Origin: a virus
Lineage: Duplodnaviria > Caudoviricetes
Direction: 5' to 3' (one strand)
Virus record (IMG/VR): IMGVR_UViG_2588253764_000003
Length of the DNA stretch: 64,000 nucleotides
A program made the translations under genes and the position numbers. Below, one piece after another: positions 52,062-61,342 of the stretch. Each line of letters starts with the position of its first letter. Position 1 is the stretch's first letter. A model generated the notes under the pieces. It did not search any database. It was not told where the DNA came from and worked only from the letters and a program-made list of their open reading frames with translations.

Positions 52062-53228
52062 CTAAGATTGACCAGTGACATAAGCCGCCCATTTATCCAT
52101 ATAGACACGGCGCTGTTCTAGATAGTCAGTACGACGATAGGCACGCTCTACTTGTCCTCCGACCGTATGACTTAGAATAGTTTCAGCGACCTCATAGGGG
52201 GCATCGGTTGTTTCAGCAAGCCAATCGCGTAAACTAGAGCGAAAACCATGGGGGCAGGCTTCAATTTTATTTTTTCTCATGTAAAGATACATACACTTCT
52301 CAGCAAGGGGACCGCGACCTTTAGCAGAAAAAAAGAAATCATTACGAGAAAGCAAGCGCGCTTGTTTTAAAATTTCTAATGCTTCAGATGATAAAGGCAC
52401 ACGAAATTCTGTTGTAGCATCACGCTTTCCTTTCATATTTTCGGCAGGAATAGTCCAGATATCATCTTCAATCTGATCTTCACGAATATGACGTAAAGGA
52501 TTTGTGCGAACGCCTGTCAGAATAAGCAAACGCAAAGCCAATTGTGTCATAGTTATTTTTTGACAAAGTGTTTTATAAAAAGCGGGCACATCTCTCCAAT
52601 CCATTGCAGGTAAGTTTTTTATTTTATGGCGTTGTTTACCTAAGAGAGCGCGTGCTTTTTCGGTTGCCTGTAAATCAACATCCAACCCTAAGGCAGCCGC
52701 ATGTTTGAGACAAAGATGAAGACGATTAAGAGCTCTATAAGCAGTTCCAGCTTTTGTATGCCAAATAGGGGCAAGTGTATTGCGTATCTCTGTTTGGGTA
52801 ATCTCAGAAACGGGCAGACAGCCTAATTTGGGGAGAATATGAAGGCGTAATGGTAAAAACCAACTTCCATTCTTACCATCATTTTTTAATTCAGATTTCC
52901 GACTTTCAAAAGCATCTAAAGCAATGTCTTTTAAATAATGGAGATTGCTTATTGCCTCACGCTTTTGTTTCTCACGTTCTTTAATGGGGTCACGACCCTC
53001 ATGCAAAACAGAACGCCATTGATTTGCTAATTCACGGGCTTTTTTTAAAGAAACGTTTCGCAACGCACCCAATCCCATTTCGCGGCGCCGACCATGAATG
53101 GTATAACGGTAAATCCATTGAGCACCTCCATCTTTACGCTTGTGAAGTAACAAGCCGGCACCATCATTATATTTGCCAGCCCCCAATGTTGCGACAGATC
53201 TTGCATTAAGACGGTTCATAAGAGCCAT
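52062..53228 (-). CDS. int: P4-like tyrosine integrase (island 1)
   Basis: DG.GL.L...W.YRY...G.RREMGLG arm domain; TGVR, HGFRSS.RDW, LSH...VERAY. Confidence 0.93.
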   Translation of the reverse strand: MALMNRLNARSVATLGAGKYNDGAGLLLHKRKDGGAQWIYRYTIHGRRREMGLGALRNVSLKKARELANQWRSVLHEGRDPIKEREKQKREAISNLHYLKDIALDAFESRKSELKNDGKNGSWFLPLRLHILPKLGCLPVSEITQTEIRNTLAPIWHTKAGTAYRALNRLHLCLKHAAALGLDVDLQATEKARALLGKQRHKIKNLPAMDWRDVPAFYKTLCQKITMTQLALRLLILTGVRTNPLRHIREDQIEDDIWTIPAENMKGKRDATTEFRVPLSSEALEILKQARLLSRNDFFFSAKGRGPLAEKCMYLYMRKNKIEACPHGFRSSLRDWLAETTDAPYEVAETILSHTVGGQVERAYRRTDYLEQRRVYMDKWAAYVTGQS

Positions 53229-53405
53229 TTTTAAATCCTTTCTTATACAAATTTGATCCACACACTCATCCCACTTGTTATGTGCAAATGAGTGGTTTTG
53301 ATTGATTCAAGATAAACAGATTTGAAATGAGAGAATCCTACGTTATTCTGGTCTTTAATTCCATATGAATAATGCTAAATTATCATTATAAATCAATATC
53401 TTGTC

Positions 53406-53636
53406 AAAGGCAGCAAAGTTTATATTGAAGGACAACTTCAAACGCGTAAATGGCAAGATAAAAACGGTATTGACCGGTTCGTAACAGAAGTCATTTTGCC
53501 TAAGTACAAAGGCGACTTAAAGCTCTTAGATGGTAAAAATGATGATAATCAAGAGCAATCATCCCCTTATGACAGAAGCATTTACAGACCTCTTGATACA
53601 CCCCATACCGTTATGAATGATGATGTTCCTTTTTAA
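53406..53636 (+). pseudogene. ssb: ssb 3' half
   Basis: [25 protein letters not shown]...DDVPF; joins the 5' half in frame. Confidence 0.9.
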
Positions 53637-53651
53637 ACGAAAGGCGGTGTT

Positions 53652-54176
53652 GTGAAAAAAAACAAGAGGGGACGCCCTAAAATAACAGGGCAGCTAAGAG
53701 AAGCCAATGGGCGTATATCACGTTGCAAAACACCTCGTGAAGCTGCTGATCAATTGGCAATAGAAATACGTGCAAAGCGCTTCGGCTTAACGCTATACGA
53801 GGCAAAAAATCCACTTTCTGGTTCTTATATAGGGCGGCTTTGCTTGCAAGGTGTGCTTACACAAGAGCAATATGACGCCGCGCAACAGTATTTACAGATA
53901 AGAAACAACTACCTTTGTGCAAAAGGATTGCCTAATGCGATTTATGATGATGTGTCTACAAATTCAGATCCAGATAGTTTTGAACAATGGGTTCAAAAAG
54001 CAACAAATCGCTATCAAGCCGTACAAGAGGCATTAAAAGAAACCCAATGCCTCTATAGACAGTATAATCTTCATGCTGCGCTACAGTACCTCGTGATAGA
54101 AGATCAAATGCTACCACATCTTGTGAACTCATTGCGAGTTGCTCTTAATGTGCTTCAGAAGCGTTTTGATTGTTAA
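53652..54176 (+). CDS. Hypothetical phage protein
   Basis: Paralog of 11961..12497. Confidence 0.7.
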   Translation: MKKNKRGRPKITGQLREANGRISRCKTPREAADQLAIEIRAKRFGLTLYEAKNPLSGSYIGRLCLQGVLTQEQYDAAQQYLQIRNNYLCAKGLPNAIYDDVSTNSDPDSFEQWVQKATNRYQAVQEALKETQCLYRQYNLHAALQYLVIEDQMLPHLVNSLRVALNVLQKRFDC

Positions 54177-54177
54177 T

Positions 54178-54912
54178 TTAAAAATTTGTTAAATATCGCT
54201 TCCATTTTTCAAAAGTGCTATATCTCACAGGTGGTCTTACATGTTCTTTGGGCATCATTTCAAGGTATACGTTTCTCGCAATAGCGCACATCATTGCTGT
54301 GTTTTGAAAACGAGTGAGTTCATTTTCTACGATCATTTGCTCTGTACGAATGGTTTGTTCTTTTCTACTAATGCCATTTGGAGAGTCTAAAAATTTTTCT
54401 GCGTATGCAAACATTGGATCATTAAAGTTGGTGTCAAATTTTGCTTTGAAGAAAATATGTTCTATATAAGCCCAATGTTTTCTATATTCCATTCCGTTAG
54501 CTTTAAAAGCTTCCAGTCTTATTGTTAAGTCATTAAATGTAAGTGTCGGCATACTTTTATCACCTTGCCATAAATCGGCAAAGCGCCCACAAAAAACAAG
54601 CAATATGTGATAATGTTTGAAAATATTAAATTCTGGAGGATTGTTTGGTAATGTTATTAAATACTTCCAAAATGGGCTATTATCATGGGGTATGTCTACA
54701 GTCTCTTCCATCTGCGTTTTTAAAAATTTTATCGATTCTTTTGCTTTTGCTAATTTCTTGTGGTATTCTAAGTTTTTATAATTTTTATGCACATATTCTT
54801 CGTAAAGTCTATCGTATTGTTCTAAACTATCTATGCTAGTATAGCTTGATAATACTGATATCGAAAATAAAGCTATAAATATTACTACGAGCATTATGGA
54901 TAATAGCTTCAT
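54178..54912 (-). CDS. Hypothetical exported protein (moron)
   Basis: Signal peptide/TM; opposite strand to prophage flow. Confidence 0.65.
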   Translation of the reverse strand: MKLLSIMLVVIFIALFSISVLSSYTSIDSLEQYDRLYEEYVHKNYKNLEYHKKLAKAKESIKFLKTQMEETVDIPHDNSPFWKYLITLPNNPPEFNIFKHYHILLVFCGRFADLWQGDKSMPTLTFNDLTIRLEAFKANGMEYRKHWAYIEHIFFKAKFDTNFNDPMFAYAEKFLDSPNGISRKEQTIRTEQMIVENELTRFQNTAMMCAIARNVYLEMMPKEHVRPPVRYSTFEKWKRYLTNF

Positions 54913-55120
54913 TATTTAATCCTTTAAACTATCATAATTAACGCTGTCTAACAGATTCCCTTTGAAATTATCAATATGTGTTATTTTTATGTTGACAAAG
55001 TGTTTCAAATCGTATTTAATGACAAATACGGCACTGGTCGTACTGTATCTAAATGAGGGTGTGGTACAGTCGAAAATCCCCGCATTTGCGGGGTTTTTTA
55101 TTATCTGGAGGGTGTATTTT

Positions 55121-55234
55121 ATGACATCACAAAATACAGAACAGATTTCTCAAACAAAGAAAAAATATAAACCCCCTAAGGCAGGAATGGGGCGGGTTAA
55201 AGGTGTACCCAATAAGAATACACATTGTAAATAA
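55121..55234 (+). pseudogene. N-terminal fragment of putative terminase small subunit, interrupted
   Basis: GGAGG RBS; AGMGRVKGVPNK.T motif; similarity to the island 1 left end starts at ~55235. Confidence 0.5.
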
Positions 55235-56768
55235 AAACACAATAAAGTCAATATGTTATTTGCAATTATTTTATATGAATCCACTTAAGAATCCACACTT
55301 TTATGCATGATTCATTTGACCATTTTTTATATAAGATTGCCATGTATGAATAGACCATAAAAAGCAAATCATGATGTAAATATTATAACGCATGTAAACG
55401 TTCAAATGAAATGAAAAGCAGTTATCACTCATAACAGTTTATAAATTTTATGATACGTTTTTATCACAGCACAAATCGCATTGTTTAAAATTTAATCGTT
55501 TGGAATTATCGATAACATACGTTTTAAAGATTACTTCTTATTTTAAAGATTGGATTGTTAATCGCATAAAATAACAAATTAACGTTCGCCAAAATTGGCG
55601 AGCGCAAAATCTAAAGAGTGTTATAGCAATATTAGATCATTCTATAAGAGGGTAATCGTTTGAAACTGCTATAAGGTAAATTGTATCAAAAGATAGGCAT
55701 TTATAGAAAATAGAGATCATATAATTTTTCCCAAAATTGGGAAAAACCTTTAAAATGGCATTAAAGAAATTAACTGTTTGAAGCATTCATAAGCTTATAG
55801 GATTAATTCATAAAGATTGCACAAAGGATTTAAAGACAAGATTGATTTTATAACCACGGTATTTTTTTACCGCGGTAGGAAATAAACAGATAATGAAATT
55901 CAAAACGTTATATCTTATGAAATCAAAAGCCTTTTAATGAATATAGTGCAAGCAAGTGAGCAAAAAACGTTTTAAAAGTTATCGTTTTAAAATATGAAAC
56001 CAAATGAGATCTCCTCAAATTTGAGGGCATCTATTTTAGACAAAGATAAGCAAGTAAAATTCAAAACCGTTGTAACATCATAAGGCATAGGATTTACTTA
56101 ATTTTGCTAGCCAAATAGAGCAATTAATTTGCAAAGAAGCTTTGTTTAAAATACGCTTATTATGAAAGCCTTTCTAAATGAATGTTTAAACGTTTGAAAC
56201 GGATGTTTATAATAATTTTTAAAACCTTCCATTTGATAAAAGCAGTTGTTTATTGTCTTATGAGAGCTTGTTTTGAAAAATTAACGCTCGTAAATGTAAA
56301 AAGAACGTTTTTAAAAAAGATATTAGTCTAATAGGCATTTTCTTTTGATTGAATTGATAAAGCTACCAAACGTTTTAATATGTTTTGATTTTAGAAAATG
56401 CGTTATTTGAAATTCACTCAACTCAATTTTGAGCTTAGTGTTTTAAAATGTTTTAAAGAAGCATCTTGATTATGGGCTTTGTTTTAAATGCATCTCTTTA
56501 AGATAAAGACATTCTCATTCAAAAGAGTGATTAAAGATCATATGCATAATTTACGTTCCTTTTGATAAGTTTTCATATTTTTAATAGAGCACTTGAAATA
56601 TGATACATTTTTTATATATGCATTCATTACTCCATTGTAGGTGGTTATTTTTATCATAAGAATCATTCTTTGAAAGCCGCGTCATATCATTTGGCACGGC
56701 TTTCTTTTATGAATTCTCTCTTTTATGATACGTTTATAGCTATCAAGAAGGCGCTCCCATACCTATTT

Positions 56769-57548
56769 TTATTCTGTTTTATCAATAATCTTAACGACAT
56801 TATCGCTTTGATAAACCTCACAATTTTTGGGAACTAACTTTGCTTTGCTTTTTGTATTGATTGTTGCATTGCCATAAGCACGCCCCCAGATCGTTGCACA
56901 ATGTAAGATTTTTGCATTGCCATAGACAGAGCCATAAACCTCACAAGAGCCCCCCACGCGCGCATTGCCATAGACCTTGCCATAAATCTTTGCACGACCA
57001 TTAATCACAGCATAATTATAAATTTTCGCATGGCTATAAATACAAGCAGAGCCACAAACCCTAGCATGACCATAGACGCGTGCATAACTAAAAACCGTAG
57101 CATCATAAGAAACATGGGCATGGTCATAAATATGAGCATCAGCAAGAACGCGGGCAGCACCACTCACATGAGCATTGCCATAAACATTGCCATACACATG
57201 AGCACTCCCATAAACACAAGCCTGATCATAAATCTTTGCATATTGAGAGATAAAAGCCTTGCTATAGACCTCAGCATTGCCATAGACGAGACCACAGACT
57301 TGAGAATAATGCCGTATTTTTGCATCATCATAAACACGGGCATGACCATAGACACAAGCCTCATCATAGACCCAGCAATTGCCATCATGGGATAGGTTGA
57401 CTTCCTTTTCGATAAAACCGCCTAAAGCACCCGCTTTTATATCATCAAAATCTCTTAAAGCCCGAATGCGATAAAGGCTTGTGATATTTCGCGTAAGAGC
57501 ATGTTTGATTTTTTTGATTTCACTGGTTAATTCGTATTTTTTGCACAT
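56769..57548 (-). CDS. YdcK-like hexapeptide-repeat protein (array 2, gene 4)
   Basis: Near-identical to 39042..39821. Confidence 0.85.
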   Translation of the reverse strand: MCKKYELTSEIKKIKHALTRNITSLYRIRALRDFDDIKAGALGGFIEKEVNLSHDGNCWVYDEACVYGHARVYDDAKIRHYSQVCGLVYGNAEVYSKAFISQYAKIYDQACVYGSAHVYGNVYGNAHVSGAARVLADAHIYDHAHVSYDATVFSYARVYGHARVCGSACIYSHAKIYNYAVINGRAKIYGKVYGNARVGGSCEVYGSVYGNAKILHCATIWGRAYGNATINTKSKAKLVPKNCEVYQSDNVVKIIDKTE

Positions 57549-57616
57549 AGGAGTACCCTCACAATCTAATGTGATAAACAGTTGATAAAATTTGAAATGG
57601 AAAATTTATTTTGAAA

Positions 57617-57639
57617 GCAGGCGCCCCCGCCGCGCCCGC
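57617..57639 (-). repeat. GC hairpin inter-cassette repeat
   Basis: GCGGGCGCGGCGGGGGCGCCTGC. Confidence 0.75.
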
Positions 57640-57661
57640 ATTTTATTTACGTTACATTAGG

Positions 57662-58240
57662 TTAGACCCATACAATTTCTAACTCACCATAAGGAGAGAG
57701 ACGTTCAGTATAGGTTTTTATTTTAGTAGAGCCGCCGACATTTTCACGAATAACAGCAATGCCATGGATATGAGCATTTTCATAAATATGCACGTCATTT
57801 GCTATACGAGCGTTTTCATAAACCCTAGCATTGTCATAAACATAAGCATTATCATAAATAATAGCCTTGCCATAGACATGAGCATTGCCATAGACACGGG
57901 AATTATCAGAAACAACGGCATTGCCATAAACATGCGCATTATCATAAATATAGCCAGCAGCGATAGCATTCTCATAAACGCAGGCATGACCATAGATATG
58001 ACCACAAGCGACAGCCTTGCCAAAAACCCTTGCGTTTTCATAAACGTGACCATTTTTAAACACAAGAGCATCATCATAGACCCAGCAATTGCCATCATGA
58101 GAGAGGTTATCTTCCTTTTCGATAAAGCCCCCCAAGGCACCAGCTTTAACATCAGCAAAGTCTTTTAATGCTTGGATACGATAAAGGGTATGATTACCAA
58201 ATACACGCGTTTCATTTGTGAGTGCAAACTTTTTTTGCAT
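57662..58240 (-). CDS. YdcK-like hexapeptide-repeat protein (array 2, gene 3)
   Basis: Near-identical to 39927..40505. Confidence 0.85.
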   Translation of the reverse strand: MQKKFALTNETRVFGNHTLYRIQALKDFADVKAGALGGFIEKEDNLSHDGNCWVYDDALVFKNGHVYENARVFGKAVACGHIYGHACVYENAIAAGYIYDNAHVYGNAVVSDNSRVYGNAHVYGKAIIYDNAYVYDNARVYENARIANDVHIYENAHIHGIAVIRENVGGSTKIKTYTERLSPYGELEIVWV

Positions 58241-58292
58241 GGCACAATTCCTTTATAAAGAAGATTAAATTTTAGAATGAGATTTTTAAAGA

Positions 58293-58316
58293 GGGGCGCC
58301 CCCGCCGCGCCCGCGC
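58293..58316 (-). repeat. GC hairpin inter-cassette repeat
   Basis: Same core as array 1 repeats. Confidence 0.8.
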
Positions 58317-58322
58317 CATTAT

Positions 58323-58985
58323 TTACGCAGCGTTATTTTCAATAATCTTTACAACGTTATTGCCTTCATAAACCTCACAATTTATGGGAACCGAACATAA
58401 ACCGCTATGTCTTTTTATCCTTGCATTGCCATAAACATTACCTCTAATCACGATATAACTAGAGATTTTTGCATTGCCATAAACAGAGCCATAAACATCA
58501 GTATGACAGCCCACGCTAGCATTCCCATAAACCTTGCCATAAATTTTTGCAGCGCCACTGATAACAGCATGATCATAAACCACAGCATTCCTATGAATAC
58601 GAGCGCTTCCTGATAATTTTGCATTGCCATAAACCCGCGCCTGATGATAAACCCAAGCATTATAAGAAAGATGCGCATTGTCATAAACATGAGCATTTGC
58701 ATAAACGCGGGCGTGATCACAGACATGAGCATTGCCATAAACAAAGCCCATTATAATAGCGTTATTAAAAACCTTGGCATTTTCATAAATATGGGCAGGA
58801 TTTAAAACAAGAGCATCATTATAGACCCAGCAGTTGCCATCATGAGAGAGATTGTTTTCACTTTCAATAAAGCCACCCAATTGACCAGCTTTAACATCAT
58901 CAAAATCTCTTAAAGCACGAATGCGATAAAGAGTTTGATTATTAAATACACGTGTCTCATTTGTGAGTGCAAACTTCTTTTGCAT
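58323..58985 (-). CDS. YdcK-like hexapeptide-repeat protein (array 2, gene 2)
   Basis: N-terminus like gene 3, C-terminus like gene 4; ends NAA. Confidence 0.85.
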   Translation of the reverse strand: MQKKFALTNETRVFNNQTLYRIRALRDFDDVKAGQLGGFIESENNLSHDGNCWVYNDALVLNPAHIYENAKVFNNAIIMGFVYGNAHVCDHARVYANAHVYDNAHLSYNAWVYHQARVYGNAKLSGSARIHRNAVVYDHAVISGAAKIYGKVYGNASVGCHTDVYGSVYGNAKISSYIVIRGNVYGNARIKRHSGLCSVPINCEVYEGNNVVKIIENNAA

Positions 58986-59036
58986 AACACTATTCCTTTA
59001 TAAGAAGATTAAATTTTAAATGAAATGTTTTAAAGA

Positions 59037-59060
59037 GGGGCGCCCCCGCCGCGCCCGCGC
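59037..59060 (-). repeat. GC hairpin inter-cassette repeat
   Basis: Same core. Confidence 0.8.
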
Positions 59061-59065
59061 ATTAT

Positions 59066-59701
59066 TTACGCAGCGTCTTTTATAGACTGGTCATTATAGA
59101 CAATTTCTTTACTACAGACTTCAATATTATTGCGAACCCAAGTGTCACCTTTGATAACCGCATTGCGAAAAATCTTTACATTTGGAAAAATACAAGCATA
59201 TCCGGAAATTTTCGCATTATCATAAATTTTTGTATCATTAAAAACACAAGCGTAATAATGAACATGAGCATTACCAAAAATATGAGCATCCGGATAAATA
59301 CGTGCAAAGCCATACACATGAGCATTGCCATAAATATGGCCAGCCACAACCGCCTTGCCATAAACCCTTGCATTTTCATAAATACAAGCAATATTGTTCA
59401 CATGGGCATAACCACTTACAACGGCATTATCGTAAACCCTTGCATTGCTATAAACCTTAGCTTTACCGCCAACCCAACAATTGCCATCATGGGATAAATT
59501 ACTTTCACCTTGTATAAACCCGCCTAACTCACCTTTTTTGACGTCTCCAAAATCTCTTAAAGCTCTAATTCTATGAAGTGTTTTAAAGCCAACCTCTATT
59601 GTTTCACCTGTAAATTCGTATTTTTTTGCAGGCTCTTGTTGATTAACAGGCGCGGTTGCATTTGAAGATATAATGGGGGAGTTTTTTGATATATTTGTCA
59701 T
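59066..59701 (-). CDS. YdcK-like hexapeptide-repeat protein (array 2, gene 1)
   Basis: Head plus repeats; ends DAA. Confidence 0.85.
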   Translation of the reverse strand: MTNISKNSPIISSNATAPVNQQEPAKKYEFTGETIEVGFKTLHRIRALRDFGDVKKGELGGFIQGESNLSHDGNCWVGGKAKVYSNARVYDNAVVSGYAHVNNIACIYENARVYGKAVVAGHIYGNAHVYGFARIYPDAHIFGNAHVHYYACVFNDTKIYDNAKISGYACIFPNVKIFRNAVIKGDTWVRNNIEVCSKEIVYNDQSIKDAA

Positions 59702-59749
59702 ATTTAAATCCTACATGATTTAGTGTTTTCAATTGACAGCCTATAAAGG

Positions 59750-59831
59750 CGCCGGGCGTTGAAAACACGGCATGTAGTCCGTTGTTATGCCTTCCTCATA
59801 AGAGTATTGTATAGCATAACCACACCCGACA
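59750..59831 (-). ncRNA. C4-like antisense RNA (copy 5), leader of array 2
   Basis: CUACAUG and GUUUUCA complementary to CATGTAG and TGAAAAC at 59910-59929 and 59711-59732. Confidence 0.7.
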
Positions 59832-61342
59832 AAATCACTATATATGCTAACTAGAGCATAAAAAATAGTCAATTTTTATAACAGGATTAGGTTTATCGCA
59901 ACCTCTTCGCTACATGTTTAGTGTTTTCATCACTTGATTATTTATATAACAAAATACGTATTTATTGTCAAATAATATTTTATCTTTTTTGATATTTTTT
60001 GTATTTTTTTAAATGCATTGTGTATTGATAATATCTTATGCTTATGAATTGCTTCTTTTATATTTATATGCTTTTAAAGCTATATTATAGGCTTTCTGAA
60101 ACAATGGCGTTATTTTTTGAATCTATACATTTATAATATTTAGAAAGGCTCTCATAATGCGTTTTTTTAACTTTATAACCTATCAGTTTTTTTCACTAAA
60201 TGAATTTTAATTTTTTTGTGAATTTTGTTTATAACATATTTGCAACTTAACTGCTTTTATAGAGATGGTCTTTATAACCAATGTTTTCATTTGCATTATG
60301 ATTATAAAACCTTCTTTATAACTGTTATCTGTTTTATAGCCATCGCATCATTTTTCATTTTCATAAGAGAAACGATAAATAGGATAATTACGATTTATAG
60401 ACTGTTATGAAAATATCTAAAGAGAGATTGATAATTATAGAGATTAGAAAAATCCCTTTTAATAGGCTTTTGACAGTGTTGTCAGTTTTGTCAGTTCTTT
60501 TTAGACCCTCTATTATTCTTTTTAAATGCGTAAAAACTAAAAACATTATATATCAATAGGTTAATGTCTTTAAAACACAACCCATATCAAAAATACAATC
60601 TTTAAAGATAACCAATGATATGAATTGATTAAAACCTGTCAGTTATCTGTCAGTAAATTGAACCGACAAAAGTGAGTGATTAAAGCGTGTCTTATGAAAA
60701 GCGTATGAAAGTAAAAACTGATTACGTTATCAAAATCCTTTTTATGAATTTTGTCAGTTCTTTTGAATGATAACCTTATGATTTAGAGAATTGATTACAA
60801 CGTGCTTTTATGAAAGCATGTGACCCTTTAAAACCTTTCAAAAGATAGCTTATAACTCATAAGAGATGCTATCAAGATCATTATGGTTATGAGTTTTGAA
60901 GGGGTTTTGAGTTTTGAGGGTTGCTGCTATTATGTAAAAAAACGATAAAAAGTAAAAACATTATATTTCAATAGGTTAATATTTTATAGACCTTAAAAAA
61001 ACAACCTATATTGATAACACAACCTATAAATTCAACCAATAATATACGTTTTGAGGGGGTTTTGACGGTTTTTACACCTTCAAAACCTATAAGCAAAATG
61101 AATATACATAACTCTCTTTAAACAAAGCTTTTGAAAACAATAAAGCTATCATTTTAGATTACGGTATGACCTCTTAAAGGCAATTCAAAAGAAGTGTATT
61201 CACTTTAAGAGTGGGTTTCTTTTTAGAATAACGCATATTAGGATTGTATCTAATCAACTTAACAAAAGAGGTATAGATTATGGTTATAAGCTCTATACCC
61301 CTTATGCGTTTATCATACCCATTATGTGAGCATGTTTTTAAG

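Larger units (their letters stand above)
37505..53413. mobile_element. Satellite-like integrative island 1 (~15.9 kb) inserted in prophage ssb
   Basis: Imperfect direct repeats TCAATATCTcaatAAAGGCAG (37505-37525) and TCAATATCTtgtcAAAGGCAG (53393-53413); P4-type integrase, AlpA, DUF3987 remnant. Confidence 0.85.

Noticed and set aside
39303-59497. Many shadow ORFs (MAINxSI.., MFMAML..) overlapping the hexapeptide genes
   Set aside because: Alternate-frame and antisense artefacts of the 18-bp periodic coding repeat
39042-59701. Diversity-generating retroelement acting on the repeat genes
   Set aside because: No reverse transcriptase in the window, and differences between copies do not appear adenine-specific
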